A stretch of 32,000 nucleotides of DNA from Candidatus Midichloria mitochondrii IricVA (GCF_000219355.1 NC_015722.1:510001-542000); one strand, 5' to 3'. Positions 1 through 9,380 are shown, numbered from the stretch's first letter. The notes: generated by a model not told the origin, from the sequence alone. Numbers and translations: made by a program.

Positions 1-407
1 CAACGAATAACAGTCATGACGCTTGGTTTATCGGCTTTACTCCCTACATAACTGCAGGTACATACATAGGCTATGATATACCCAGAGATATGGGGCAAAG
101 AGAAACTGGCTCTACTGTTTCATTACCAATCTTTATAGATTTTATGCAAGCTGCCGTTAATGACTTGCCTGATGTATCTTTCAAAGTTCCTAAAAATATC
201 ATTTTAAGAAAAATTGATAGACATAGCGGTAAATTTGTAGAAGATTATAATAGCATAGATTATAAAGATGTAATTTTAGAAGCGTTTCAAAATGGAAATT
301 TTCAAGATAAAAGTTTCTCAAGTGAAAAAAGCACTAATCGACATGCGGATTATAATCTTCGCAGTATAGTAGATTCACTAGACATTGAGGATGAGACTAA
401 TAATTAA
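1..407 (+). CDS. mrcA: Class A penicillin-binding protein (PBP1A-like), C-terminal fragment; the gene starts upstream of the window
   Basis: Frame 3 is open from the window edge. The translation TNNSHDAWFIGFTPYITAGTYIGYDIPRDMGQRETGSTVSLPIFIDFMQAA matches the conserved end of the PBP1A transpeptidase module (DAWF.GFTP, ETG, PIW..FM). Track ORF 90..407 is only the Met-initiated tail. Confidence 0.75.
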   Translation, partial: TNNSHDAWFIGFTPYITAGTYIGYDIPRDMGQRETGSTVSLPIFIDFMQAAVNDLPDVSFKVPKNIILRKIDRHSGKFVEDYNSIDYKDVILEAFQNGNFQDKSFSSEKSTNRHADYNLRSIVDSLDIEDETNN

Positions 408-409
408 GA

Positions 410-919
410 ATGACAAAGTTAAAAAATTGGCATAGGAGGTTAGTAATACTATTTTTAAGTCTGCTGTTTGTTGCTTCAGGCCTATTCCTTGCTTTAAAAA
501 CTTTCAGTGAAAATATAGTGTTTTTTGTTACTCCAACGGAACTTAAAGCTCAAGAAAAGAAGTATAGCAATAAATTGATTAGGCTAGGAGGAATAGTCAA
601 AGTTGGTAGTATAAAAAATATTTCTTCGGACCACTCTATAGAATTCATAATAACAGATTTAAAGAATGAAGTAGTTGTAAGATATAAGGGCGCTGTTCCT
701 GTATTGTTTAAAGAAGATAGTGGTACTATAGTGCAGGGTAAAGTTAAAGACAATATTTTTTATGCCCAGGAACTACTTGCGAAACATGATGAAAATTATA
801 TGCCTAAAGAAGTTGTGGATGAGTTGAAGAAATCAGGTAGATGGAAAGAAAATTCTATCAAATATCCAGGAGATGACCCCGATCTTTTAAATAAGCCGCC
901 TTACGATATATGCAATTAG
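410..919 (+). CDS. ccmE: Cytochrome c-type biogenesis protein CcmE (heme chaperone)
   Basis: N-terminal membrane anchor, OB-fold body and the diagnostic heme-binding motif LAKHDENYMPKEV. It starts 2 nt after the PBP stop. Confidence 0.9.
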   Translation: MTKLKNWHRRLVILFLSLLFVASGLFLALKTFSENIVFFVTPTELKAQEKKYSNKLIRLGGIVKVGSIKNISSDHSIEFIITDLKNEVVVRYKGAVPVLFKEDSGTIVQGKVKDNIFYAQELLAKHDENYMPKEVVDELKKSGRWKENSIKYPGDDPDLLNKPPYDICN

Positions 920-920
920 G

Positions 921-962
921 AGCGTTATTAATATCTCGATAATAAATCTTACGCTATTTTTT
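921..962 (+). terminator. Possible weak rho-independent terminator after ccmE
   Basis: Imperfect AT-rich hairpin (agcg/ttatta pairing with taataa/acgct) followed by a run of six T at 957-962. Confidence 0.3.
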
Positions 963-1054
963 AACAATATCACTAAAACAAAATATAAGGATTGCAAACA
1001 TTGACATCATATATAATAATTCAACCGTTTGCTTAAAAATTCTTCCAAGATAAA

Positions 1055-2026
1055 ATGAGTCATCAAAATGTAAAAGGGATGGGCTTGATGGTAATTAACG
1101 CTCTGGGCCTGGCCGCGCTCTACGCCGTTATGAAAATGGTAACTGTTTCATTAAACTCTAGTCAAGCTGTTTTCTTTTATAAATTCTCTGTTTTTTTATT
1201 TATACTTCCTTGGATTTTTTATAAGGATGGAATAAAGGCCATACAAACTCCAAATTTAAGATTACATTTCTACCGCAGTATTTTCAGTACTACTGGCTCA
1301 TTAACATTAATGCATTCACTAAATTATTTGAAATTAATTGATATTACCGTTCTCACTCACCTTGAACAGATGCTATGGCTCATTATAGGGACTTTGTTTT
1401 TTAATGAGAAATTAAATTACTATAAAGTAGCTGCTATTTTGTTTGGCTTTGCAGGTGGTTTTTTGATAGTAAGACCAGAATTAATACATAATATTTTCTT
1501 TGGAAATCAAATAGAGATTCCTGAGTTTAATAAAGCCTATATTTTCATTGCGATTACGATACTTTGTTGGTCAATTAATAGTACTTTAGTCAAAGTCCTT
1601 GGACACAGAAAAGCCTCCAATAAAGCGCAGTTATTTTATGTTATGCTATTTGCTTCACTCTTTTCGTATGTAGTAGCATTTATAGATTGGAACTTAATTG
1701 GTTGCTTTGGATTCGTAATTTACGTGCCTGGACGATTGCATTTTCCATTTTGTTTAGGGATCGAAACTTGGCAAATTGTAGGCATTGCTGCTTCTGCACT
1801 ATTCTACTTGATTCATAATGTGGCATTCTTCAATGCTATGAAATATGGTGAGATGACAGTTATAGCTCCATTTGTCTACTTTAAATTAGTCTTTGCTGGA
1901 ATACTAGGTTATATAGTATTTGGTGAAGCGCCTAAGGTGACTATCTCCTATATTGGCTACTCTTTCATAGTAATCGCAGGTCTGTTGCTTATTTGGAGTC
2001 AATATCAACAACATAAAAAAAATTAA
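1055..2026 (+). CDS. DMT-superfamily (EamA-like) permease
   Basis: 323 aa with about 10 hydrophobic segments arranged as two halves, typical of EamA/DMT carriers. The substrate cannot be inferred from the sequence. Confidence 0.7.
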   Translation: MSHQNVKGMGLMVINALGLAALYAVMKMVTVSLNSSQAVFFYKFSVFLFILPWIFYKDGIKAIQTPNLRLHFYRSIFSTTGSLTLMHSLNYLKLIDITVLTHLEQMLWLIIGTLFFNEKLNYYKVAAILFGFAGGFLIVRPELIHNIFFGNQIEIPEFNKAYIFIAITILCWSINSTLVKVLGHRKASNKAQLFYVMLFASLFSYVVAFIDWNLIGCFGFVIYVPGRLHFPFCLGIETWQIVGIAASALFYLIHNVAFFNAMKYGEMTVIAPFVYFKLVFAGILGYIVFGEAPKVTISYIGYSFIVIAGLLLIWSQYQQHKKN

Positions 2027-2126
2027 AAAAGCGGATTACAAGAAAAGGTAGTACCCTAGCTCTTAGGGCTGCTGCTGAAGTTATTTCAAAAATTTTAAAT
2101 GTTAATGTTCAATTGTTTACCAAGAA

Positions 2127-2135
2127 TGGTATAAT
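2127..2135 (+). promoter_or_regulatory. Candidate extended -10 promoter element for trmD-rplS
   Basis: TGgTATAAT lies 27 nt upstream of the trmD ATG. The usual upstream partners rpsP-rimM are absent, so a local promoter is needed. Confidence 0.3.
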
Positions 2136-2162
2136 CCTCGCGTAGTTTTGAATTGAAAATAT

Positions 2163-2876
2163 ATGTGGTCTGTGCGTATCCTGACGTTATTTCCTGAATT
2201 ATTTCCAGGGCCGCTAGCGTCTTCTATAACTGGTAGAGCCTTAAAAGAGGCCATATGGGAAATTAAGGCGATTGATGTGAGAGATTATGCCACAGATAAA
2301 CATAAAACCGTGGATGATTGCCCTTATGGAGGCGGAGGCGGGATGGTCGCGCGGCCTGATATTTTAGGTCAGGCCATAGAGGAGAATTTTATTTCTAATC
2401 AGAACGAAATTATTTATTTATCACCGCGCGGAGAGCTTTTTAATCAAGGCCTGGCGAGAGAGCTTACACAAAGAAAAGGAATAAATATTATATGTGGGAG
2501 GTTTGAAGGTATTGACGAAAGAGTAATAAATGAGTATAGAATACGTGAAGTTAGTATAGGGGATTTTGTATTATCGTCTGGTGATGTGGCTGCGTACTCT
2601 CTTTTGGATGCGTGCGTACGGCTTCTGCCAGGAGTTCTTGGCAATGGTGGTTCATTGGTTCAAGAAAGTTTTGGTTTGGACCATAATTATGAGATGTTGT
2701 TAGAGTACCCGCACTTTACAAGACCGCAAAATTGGAGGGATAGGCAGGTTCCGGAAGTTTTACTTTCGGGGAATCATCAATTGGTAGAAAATTGGCGATT
2801 AGAACAGGCGAAACAGAAAACGAAGGAGCAGCGCCCAGATCTTTGGAATAGATATTTGAGCAGGAAAGAAAAATGA
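2163..2876 (+). CDS. trmD: tRNA (guanine37-N1)-methyltransferase TrmD
   Basis: Full-length match to the TrmD pattern ([41 protein letters not shown]). Confidence 0.95.
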   Translation: MWSVRILTLFPELFPGPLASSITGRALKEAIWEIKAIDVRDYATDKHKTVDDCPYGGGGGMVARPDILGQAIEENFISNQNEIIYLSPRGELFNQGLARELTQRKGINIICGRFEGIDERVINEYRIREVSIGDFVLSSGDVAAYSLLDACVRLLPGVLGNGGSLVQESFGLDHNYEMLLEYPHFTRPQNWRDRQVPEVLLSGNHQLVENWRLEQAKQKTKEQRPDLWNRYLSRKEK

Positions 2877-3253
2877 ATTTATTGGAAAAATATGAAGCTA
2901 GTCAACTCAAGAGACTGACAGAAGGGAAAGCTGTTCCGAGTTTTGCCCCTGGTGATCAGCTTGTTGTTAGCGTTGAAATCACAGAAGGAACAGCAAAGCG
3001 TATACAGTTGTTTGAAGGCTTATGTATAGCAAGGAAAAGCAGAGGACTAGGCTCAAGCTTTACTGTAAGAAAATTAAGTCATGGTGAGGGCGTAGAGCGT
3101 ATATTTCCTCTATATTCTCCGCGTGTTACAAAGATTGAGGTTCTTCGTCGCGGTAGAGTAAGAAGGGCAAAGTTATATTATATGAGAGCATTAAGGGGCA
3201 AAGCAGCTAGAATTAAAGAAAAAGCTGTTGCGCGTAATAAATCTAAAGTCTAG
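2873..3253 (+). CDS. rplS: 50S ribosomal protein L19
   Basis: Typical L19 sequence (FAPGD.L.V.V...EG...R.Q.FEG.CIA, YSP....IEV). ATGA overlap with trmD, the conserved trmD-rplS pair. Confidence 0.95.
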   Translation: MNLLEKYEASQLKRLTEGKAVPSFAPGDQLVVSVEITEGTAKRIQLFEGLCIARKSRGLGSSFTVRKLSHGEGVERIFPLYSPRVTKIEVLRRGRVRRAKLYYMRALRGKAARIKEKAVARNKSKV

Positions 3254-3273
3254 GTTTTAGGATTAGCATCTTA

Positions 3274-3876
3274 ATGCAAGATAGAATTTTCAACTACAGC
3301 TCTTTTTTTAGCAAATTCCCAGTTATAAACCTTGAAAATTTTATTTTGCGAGACTTGAGTTTATCCGATAATCAGAGATATTTTGAGGTTTTGAGCGATC
3401 CGAATGTCGCTCAATTCCTTTCTGATGAAGATGTTCCAGAGTCACCTTATAAAGCCCTAGAAGAAATAAAATTCTGGGGTAGCTTATTTTATAAGAAACA
3501 ATCAATCTTTTGGGCGATCGTAGAAAAAGAGACTAATAATCTAATAGGAACAGTGGGGTTCAACTCTTGGAATTTTAGCAGCCAACGTGCTGAGATGAGT
3601 TACGACTTAGCAAGTACCCATTGGCGTCGTAATATTATGTCTGAAGTTTTGTTTCATGTTTTAACTTTTGCCTTTACTAAAATGTGTATCAATAGAATAG
3701 AAGCTAAAACAATGACTCACAATGTAGCTTCTGCTGCTCTCTTACTAAAAATGGGTTTTAAAAAAGAAGGTGTATTAAAAAGCTATCGAAAAGTACGCAG
3801 TAAATTCATAGACGTAGATTTATATTCTCTACTTCGAGAAGAGTGGTCAGCTGCTAAAAATAAAGGCATTGCCTAA
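3274..3876 (+). CDS. GNAT family N-acetyltransferase (RimJ/RimL-like)
   Basis: RimJ/RimL-like pattern: L.LR.L...D...Y.E...DP.V, IGTVGF, and NRIEAKT...N.AS..LL.KMGFKKEG. The last three codons and the stop (GIA*) lie inside the IS1 terminus that begins at 3865. Confidence 0.8.
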   Translation: MQDRIFNYSSFFSKFPVINLENFILRDLSLSDNQRYFEVLSDPNVAQFLSDEDVPESPYKALEEIKFWGSLFYKKQSIFWAIVEKETNNLIGTVGFNSWNFSSQRAEMSYDLASTHWRRNIMSEVLFHVLTFAFTKMCINRIEAKTMTHNVASAALLLKMGFKKEGVLKSYRKVRSKFIDVDLYSLLREEWSAAKNKGIA

Positions 3877-4336
3877 TATTTATAGATAGGAGTTTCAGAT
3901 CCAGCAAATGCCTATGGAAGAAGAGGGTAAGAATAGCGCAAAGCATCCTCAGGAATTTGCTATAGCGCTTCGTTCTTCGATTAAAACTAGCTAGATAATG
4001 CCTTATTAAAGAATTCTTTGATTCTACAAATGAGGTCTCAGCTTTTGTTTTGTGATGGTGCGTGGAGATTTTATAGTATTCATAAACGCTGTAATCATCT
4101 GTACATGCTCAATTTATAACGTTCTTCCAAGCCTAAATGACAGGTTCAGGTGGGTTGCCTTGCTCCCGTCACCTACTTCAAAATCAATAATTTCACCCGC
4201 TCCTCTATCAACAGCAATCAATATAAAGGTGTACTCCCACTTCCATTCTTTGGTCTTTTTTTATATATGTGCACGGCTCATCGATCTCTAGGATCTCGAT
4301 ATCCTTAAGTGACTTTGTGCTGTTGCAGCTCTTATA
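3865..4336 (-). mobile_element. IS1-family element, 3' portion only (copy C), truncated by the IS982 insertion
   Basis: It begins with the terminal sequence ggcattgcctaatatttatagat, the reverse complement of the right end seen at 12399, 14689 and 21176. It is colinear with 20700-21176. Homology stops at 4336, where an IS982 terminus starts. Confidence 0.8.
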
Positions 4337-5253
4337 TAATCTCAGTTTGACGTAAGGAGTAGGGCCCGTGAGCCTATTTTCCATGAGATATATTGGGTTT
4401 GAAGACATAAGCCAAGAGCCCTGAGAGGAGGTCTGCCAAGAAATTGTTTGGCAAGCGATGCCGTGTTGTGCTGGACTTGGCAAATCTCTTTCAATTGTCC
4501 GATGGCTGTTTCAATCAATCCACGCCCTGCAAGAAGCAGTTGTTTAAAAGCCGCAAGCGGGTTTTGTCCTTGATTGCTCAGTGTTTGCTTATATACCACC
4601 GATCTCCGAATAGAAGGCCTGTCAAATATTGAGTCAGTTTCTCGACAACGGCTCGATCATCTGTATTACCCGAAGTCAGTGTGAATGACATAATCTCTCC
4701 TTGATCATTGAAGCCAAAGAACCATCCGGGTCGACGTTTTCCCACGCTGAGCGATGCCTTTAAGGATCTTATTACTGCTAGTACGTGAGTTATGACAAAC
4801 CTTCTCCAGCTTTTTGTTGAGTCAACGTACCTGTTTGTTTCCCTTTGCAGCAATTCAGCAGAATGACCAACGGGATGACCGCGTCTCGCATCAGCTCAAC
4901 AAAGCGATTGTAGCTGATAAGCTTCGGCAATTCCTCTCTGAGAGAGATTTGAACACAGTTTAGGTAAAAATCTTTGAATCCGGTAATGCCCTCTCAAATG
5001 AAACAAAACGAGGATCGTTATAACTTCGGAAAGCATCATCCCAGACTCTCGTTCCCTTTGTCTCTGCGAGTTTCTTAAGGATCTTTGGTACGTGAGTTGT
5101 CGCTTGCAAAAATCATCAATCAAACAAAATATTTCTACTAGGGGAACCACTTTTCTTATTTATCGTGAAATTGAGAAGAACTTAATGATTACACAGCTTC
5201 TTTAAGACCATATCAGATAATTTCTTTAAGACTTACCTCAAACTGGGGTTAAC
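4337..5253 (-). mobile_element. IS982-family insertion sequence with a frameshifted transposase (pseudogene)
   Basis: Three ORF pieces (4896-5150, 4578-4853, 4342-4599) carry IS982 hallmarks: EIFCLIDDFCK, SEVITILVLFH, VDST, GWFFGF, GEIMSFTLTSGNTDDR, LFGDRWYISK, GRGLIETAIGQLK. The terminal inverted repeats are ataatctcagtttgacgtaagg (4337) and cttacctcaaactggggttaac (about 5232-5253). Confidence 0.85.
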
Positions 5254-5546
5254 AAAAACACTGAGCAATCAAGGTATTGAGCTCGTCACCCACGGCTTAA
5301 GAAAAACATGAAAAACAAAACCCGCTTGCGGCTTTTAAACAACTGCTTCTTGCAGGGCGTGGATTGATTGAAACAGCCATCGGAGAATTGAAAGAGATTT
5401 GCCAAATCCAGTACACCACGGCATTGCTTGCCAAACAATTTCTTGGCAGACCTCCTCTCAAGGCTCTTGGCTTATGTCTTCAAACCCAATATATCTCATG
5501 GAAAATAGGCTCACGGGCTCTACTCCTTACGTCAAACTGAGGTTAT
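5254..5546 (+). mobile_element. Second IS982-family copy, 3' fragment only, inverted relative to the first
   Basis: Reverse-complement match to 4337-4590, including the terminal repeat ccttacgtcaaactgaggttat. It retains a segment of about 40 nt (tattgagctcgtcacccacggcttaagaaaaacatgaaaa) that the other copy has lost. Confidence 0.8.
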
Positions 5547-6224
5547 ATTAAGGAAATCCCTTGCTCTTTTAGTCGACGGAGAATTAAAAAAGTTACCTGC
5601 ATTATTATCCTCTATCAATTCTCCATGATCCAAAAATAAAACGCGATCAGCAATGCTTGCAGCAAACTTCATTGCGTGGGTTACTATTAGCATAGTAATA
5701 CCTGTATGGGCTAGGGACTTAATCACATCCAACACTTCCTTTACATTTTCAGGATCTAACGCTGATGTTGGCTCATCAAACAAAACAATCTCCGGGTCCA
5801 TGCATAAGGTCCTTGCAATTGCTGCCCTTTGTTTTTGCCCTCCTGACAAGGCCCAAGGGTAAGTATCTTTCAAATTATCTAGATTTACTCGCTCAAGCCA
5901 CTTGGTAGCTATGGAGATAGCGTCCTTTTTATTATACTTCAATACATTAATAGGCGCATAAGTTAGGTTCTCAATCAATGTCATGTTGTGAAACAAATTG
6001 AAATGTTGAAAAACCATCCCTATCTTGGTTTGAGGGAGGCCCTTTGCCTTAACAGAGCCACTTTCATACTTCTCTAAGTTACTAATACACCTCAGTACGG
6101 TGGATTTACCGCTGCCAGAAGGACCAATTAAAACCACTACTTGTCCCTTAAGTATCACAAAAGATACTTCATTCAGTATGATTTTTCCATTATATTTTTT
6201 AATTAACTTACTTATAGTTAGCAT
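5532..6224 (-). CDS. Polar amino-acid ABC transporter ATP-binding protein (GlnQ-like)
   Basis: Walker A GPSGSGKST, Q-loop, signature LSGGQKQR, Walker B VLFDEPTSALD and the H-loop are present. The preferred start is MLTISKL (6224); the track ORF runs to 6251. The last four codons and the stop come from the IS982 terminus. Confidence 0.9.
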   Translation of the reverse strand: MLTISKLIKKYNGKIILNEVSFVILKGQVVVLIGPSGSGKSTVLRCISNLEKYESGSVKAKGLPQTKIGMVFQHFNLFHNMTLIENLTYAPINVLKYNKKDAISIATKWLERVNLDNLKDTYPWALSGGQKQRAAIARTLCMDPEIVLFDEPTSALDPENVKEVLDVIKSLAHTGITMLIVTHAMKFAASIADRVLFLDHGELIEDNNAGNFFNSPSTKRARDFLNITSV

Positions 6225-6849
6225 TGATTTTATCTTCCATATATTTAGCAATTATACTTAAAACCAAAACTAATACATAGTAACACAACGCTGCAAACAA
6301 TAATGGCTTAAAGAAATCATAAGTAGCAGAGGCAGCAAGTTGAGCTCGCCTCATGATATCTGACTCACCGATAATTGCAATGATTGCTGATTCTTTAATT
6401 AAACTAATCACCTCATTTACTAATGAGGGCGAAATATTTCTAAAGACTTGGGGAATGATAATATCTTTCATCGTCAGATAATGAGGAATTGATAATGCTT
6501 TAGCTGCTTCAAATTGCCCCTTATCAATTGCTAAAATCCCGCCTCTTACAACTTCAGCAATATACGCACTAGAATTCATCGAAAATGCTACTAAACCAGC
6601 CACTGTAGGAGAGATTCTAACCTCAAACACTCCAGAAATCCCAAAATAAATAATACTCAATTGAACCATTAAGGGAGTGCCACGAATTAGTGAGATGTAA
6701 AGCCTTGATATATTTTTCAGCAGAATATTCTCGCTTATCCTGGCAATCGCTAAAATAGAACCAAATGATATCCCGACTATTGCAGCAAAAAAAGCGTACT
6801 TAAGTGTTACAACTATTCCTGATAATATATATAGATACCACCCATTCAT
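6208..6849 (-). CDS. Amino-acid ABC transporter permease (His/Glu/Gln/Arg/opine family)
   Basis: 213 aa with the typical pattern (IRGTPLMVQL..IYFG, EAA-type loop FEAAKALSIP). It overlaps the ATPase gene. Confidence 0.9.
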   Translation of the reverse strand: MNGWYLYILSGIVVTLKYAFFAAIVGISFGSILAIARISENILLKNISRLYISLIRGTPLMVQLSIIYFGISGVFEVRISPTVAGLVAFSMNSSAYIAEVVRGGILAIDKGQFEAAKALSIPHYLTMKDIIIPQVFRNISPSLVNEVISLIKESAIIAIIGESDIMRRAQLAASATYDFFKPLLFAALCYYVLVLVLSIIAKYMEDKINANYK

Positions 6850-6850
6850 A

Positions 6851-7987
6851 CTACTTTAAAGTAAATATATTAGAGATCTGATTTGAGAGAGTGGTGATAT
6901 CAGCGCCACCCACTTTAAAATCGGATTCCGAAGACTTCTCAATATTGAAACTCATATCTTGACCTATAATTTTTGCCTTTGGCAATTTTGAAAAAACTTC
7001 TACTATTTTCTCAACTTGTGCCTCGGTTGCAAACTCAGTTTGCTCCTTGCTTACTCCTCTTACCGAGTAATTCAGTATATCAAAATATGATCGTATAATT
7101 TCTCTATAATTAATTGCATCTACTGTTAAATTCCATTCTGGCATCCTTTGGGTTTCATTTCTTAGGCCTTTACCTGATATATTTAATGCAAATACGTCAT
7201 TTACTGAGCTAATTTTGTGGATATTAAACTCTTCTGCTACCCGTAAATCATGGCCCATTAAATGCGTATAAGTCAGCTTAAAATCGCCAGAAGCTTTACC
7301 AAATTTTGCCAGGGTCTTTACATTCTCATCGGTAGAATTTGGATTATAAAAGCCTTCTTTCATGCCACCACTGATTTCTAATTTATAATTTTCTTTTTCT
7401 TTAAACTTTTTATCGTTGCTTCTCTCGATAAAAACAAAGCTATCAACTGCATTAAAGAGTGGTTCACTTAACTCATCATGCTTTAGCTCATAGGTTGCAA
7501 ATTTATCATTCTTAAGATGAAGACTCTTTATCTTTGAAAACAAATCATTATTTAAATCCCTTAGGAAAAGATCAATCGAATCAGTTAATTTGATTTCTAA
7601 AACAACACCATCACCTACTTTATAGATAAAGTGGTGCTCTTTACTTGGAGTATGTTCTTTAAGACTAATGTCCTTTAAAAGATTTAGCTTAACTTTTTTA
7701 TTAAAAGTTGAAATTTTAATTAGTAAATCCTTGAGTACAAAGTGGGCTCTATCATTTTTATTGCCACGCCTTAAATCAATAGTTTTTATAGAAAAAACTG
7801 GTTTCCAAGCAATATAATTTTTAAATTTTGGCTCGGTAAATTCTATAAAGGTACCTTGCTCCTCTAGTTTGGATTTCATAGTTAAGAGTGCGGCATTCAG
7901 CGACTTCTTATGCATAAAAAGTGCAGCCATATTTAGAGTGATAAGAGATATTAAAATTATCAGCAAAGATATAAAGACTTTTCTCAT
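6851..7987 (-). CDS. Hypothetical membrane-anchored periplasmic protein occupying the binding-protein slot of the ABC operon
   Basis: 378 aa with one N-terminal TM/signal anchor (ISLLIILISLITLNMAALF) and a Lys/Asn-rich soluble body. Its stop is 1 nt from the permease start. I see no resemblance to family-3 solute-binding proteins. A DUF2125-like assignment is only a vague impression. Confidence 0.5.
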   Translation of the reverse strand: MRKVFISLLIILISLITLNMAALFMHKKSLNAALLTMKSKLEEQGTFIEFTEPKFKNYIAWKPVFSIKTIDLRRGNKNDRAHFVLKDLLIKISTFNKKVKLNLLKDISLKEHTPSKEHHFIYKVGDGVVLEIKLTDSIDLFLRDLNNDLFSKIKSLHLKNDKFATYELKHDELSEPLFNAVDSFVFIERSNDKKFKEKENYKLEISGGMKEGFYNPNSTDENVKTLAKFGKASGDFKLTYTHLMGHDLRVAEEFNIHKISSVNDVFALNISGKGLRNETQRMPEWNLTVDAINYREIIRSYFDILNYSVRGVSKEQTEFATEAQVEKIVEVFSKLPKAKIIGQDMSFNIEKSSESDFKVGGADITTLSNQISNIFTLK

Positions 7988-8014
7988 GTAGGCCTTAAGG
8001 TTTATTAATCAAAG

Positions 8015-8092
8015 TGGCGCGCCCGAAAGGAGTCGAACCCTTGACCTTTAGATCCGTAGTCTAACGCTCTATCCAGCTGAGCTACGGGCGCC
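8015..8092 (-). tRNA. tRNA-Arg (anticodon ACG), CCA encoded
   Basis: The minus strand reads GGCGCCCGTAGCTCAGCTGGATAGAGCGTTAGACTACGGATCTAAAGGTCAAGGGTTCGACTCCTTTCGGGCGCGCCA. It folds as a cloverleaf, with anticodon stem ttaga/tctaa and loop CTACGGA. Confidence 0.9.
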
Positions 8093-8271
8093 ATTAAAGA
8101 CCGAAAAATACATATTTATGAACTATATGTCAAAGTAATTTTTTATAAACCACGCGCCGAAGCGACTTTTTATAAACCGTATATAAAAAAACAAATTTTT
8201 ATATTAAAATCTTGTAGACAAGAGCAAGAAGCATGTAGGCGATATAGCAGTTTTGGTAGTACTAAAACATT

Positions 8272-8937
8272 TTAAGTTTCTCTTAACATGTACCCTTTAT
8301 TCCTTATAGTGTGTAAATAAAGAGGGTTTTTAGGTTTTCTTTCTATCTTATTCCTAAGCCTTGCCACTCGTGCATCGACCGCTCTTTCTGTTAGTTCTTC
8401 TTCATTATTTAAAACGATTTCTTCTCTAGCTACAATCCTTCCATATTTTTTTGCTAGTATATTGAGCAATTTGCTTTCATTGGTAGTAAGGTGGATTTTG
8501 TTCTTTTGACAGGTTAAGGAATTTTTATCTAAATCAAATTCATACGGCCCAAATCTCACTACTTGAGTATAAGAAGTTTTCCAGTATAGAAGATTTTTGA
8601 TTCTTAAAATTAATTCCTTTACTTCGAAGGGCTTTGCTAAATAATCAGCTGCTCCGAGCTCAAGGCCATTAATTCTGTCATCGACATCAGCCATAGCAGT
8701 GAGCATTATAATTGGAGGCTGATTTTTTTTCATCCTAGTTAGAAATTGAATCCCGCTCTCTTTTGGCATCATGACATCTAGTATGATCAAATCAAATATA
8801 ATAAGTTGAAGTAATTTATCCGCTTCTTCTGTATCTTTGGCTGTACTTACAATGAAAGAATTCTTAATTAAGAGCTCAGATAATAAAGATCTAATTTCAA
8901 AATCGTCATCAACAATCAAAATATGGGATCCGGTCAC
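8272..8937 (-). CDS. OmpR-family two-component response regulator (no kinase gene nearby)
   Basis: Receiver domain (ILIVDDD, LIILDVMMP, AADYLAKPF) plus a winged-helix output domain (LTTNESKLL, VDARVARLRNKIE, IRNKGYML). Confidence 0.9.
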   Translation of the reverse strand: MTGSHILIVDDDFEIRSLLSELLIKNSFIVSTAKDTEEADKLLQLIIFDLIILDVMMPKESGIQFLTRMKKNQPPIIMLTAMADVDDRINGLELGAADYLAKPFEVKELILRIKNLLYWKTSYTQVVRFGPYEFDLDKNSLTCQKNKIHLTTNESKLLNILAKKYGRIVAREEIVLNNEEELTERAVDARVARLRNKIERKPKNPLYLHTIRNKGYMLRET

Positions 8938-8941
8938 AACC

Positions 8942-9232
8942 TTATTCTATTACTCTTGGAACAACAAAATAACCATATTTGGCTTTTGGAGCATTTTTTA
9001 ATATTTCCTGTTGTAAATTATTGTTATCAGCCACATCCTCTAAAAATGTTAACGCCTCATCATTAGGGTTAACCAACGGGTTAACATTATCTGTGTCGAT
9101 ACCCTGTATTTTTTCAATCCAACGTAATACCCCATCTAATTCTTTCGTAATTTTTTCTAAGTGCGAGTCTGAAAAATGGATTCTGGAAAGGAACGCGACT
9201 TTTTTAGCCTGCTCTAAAGTAATTTTATCCAT
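8942..9232 (-). CDS. gatC: Asp/Glu-tRNA amidotransferase subunit C
   Basis: 96 aa with the typical GatC pattern (VAFLSRIHFSD..LEK.TKEL..VL.WIEK....DT.NV.P). Confidence 0.9.
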   Translation of the reverse strand: MDKITLEQAKKVAFLSRIHFSDSHLEKITKELDGVLRWIEKIQGIDTDNVNPLVNPNDEALTFLEDVADNNNLQQEILKNAPKAKYGYFVVPRVIE

Positions 9233-9248
9233 ATAGTACCGTCATTTT

Positions 9249-9380
9249 TTATTTAATTAAGTAATCTGAAAAATATATATTGGCTTTAGTTATTATCTCA
9301 TCTTCTAGCAATCTTACAAGTTCGTTAACTTGTTCTGCAATGATTGCTGCTTTTTCTTGGTCGCTCGTGCCGCGATACAT
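9249..9380 (-). CDS. Possible small ORF (43 aa), below the ORF-track cut-off
   Basis: ATG at 9380 through TAA at 9249-9251 encodes MYRGTSDQEKAAIIAEQVNELVRLLEDEIITKANIYFSDYLIK. It sits in an otherwise unexplained 160-nt gap inside a same-strand gene string. There is no clear SD. Confidence 0.3.
   Translation of the reverse strand: MYRGTSDQEKAAIIAEQVNELVRLLEDEIITKANIYFSDYLIK

Noticed and set aside
550-753. Antisense ORFs nested in clear genes. This one lies in ccmE; similar ones occur at 2444-2644, 5653-5862, 8979-9236, 9527-10056, 13214-13483, 23414-24703, 25456-25965, 26067-26492, 27104-27298 and 28409-28618
   Set aside because: Each lies wholly inside a confidently identified gene on the opposite strand and shows a shadow-frame composition.
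4052-4291. An apparently conserved ORF family (MMVRGDFIVF.NAVIICTCSIYNV…), also seen at 20730-20987 and partly at 11675-11881
   Set aside because: These are antisense readings of the repeated IS1 sequence. The conservation is due to the repeat, not to a protein.
8134-8180. Short direct repeat tttttataaacc occurring twice near tRNA-Arg
   Set aside because: It is 12 nt of AT-rich sequence occurring twice within 50 nt in an AT-rich intergenic region, which is compatible with chance.
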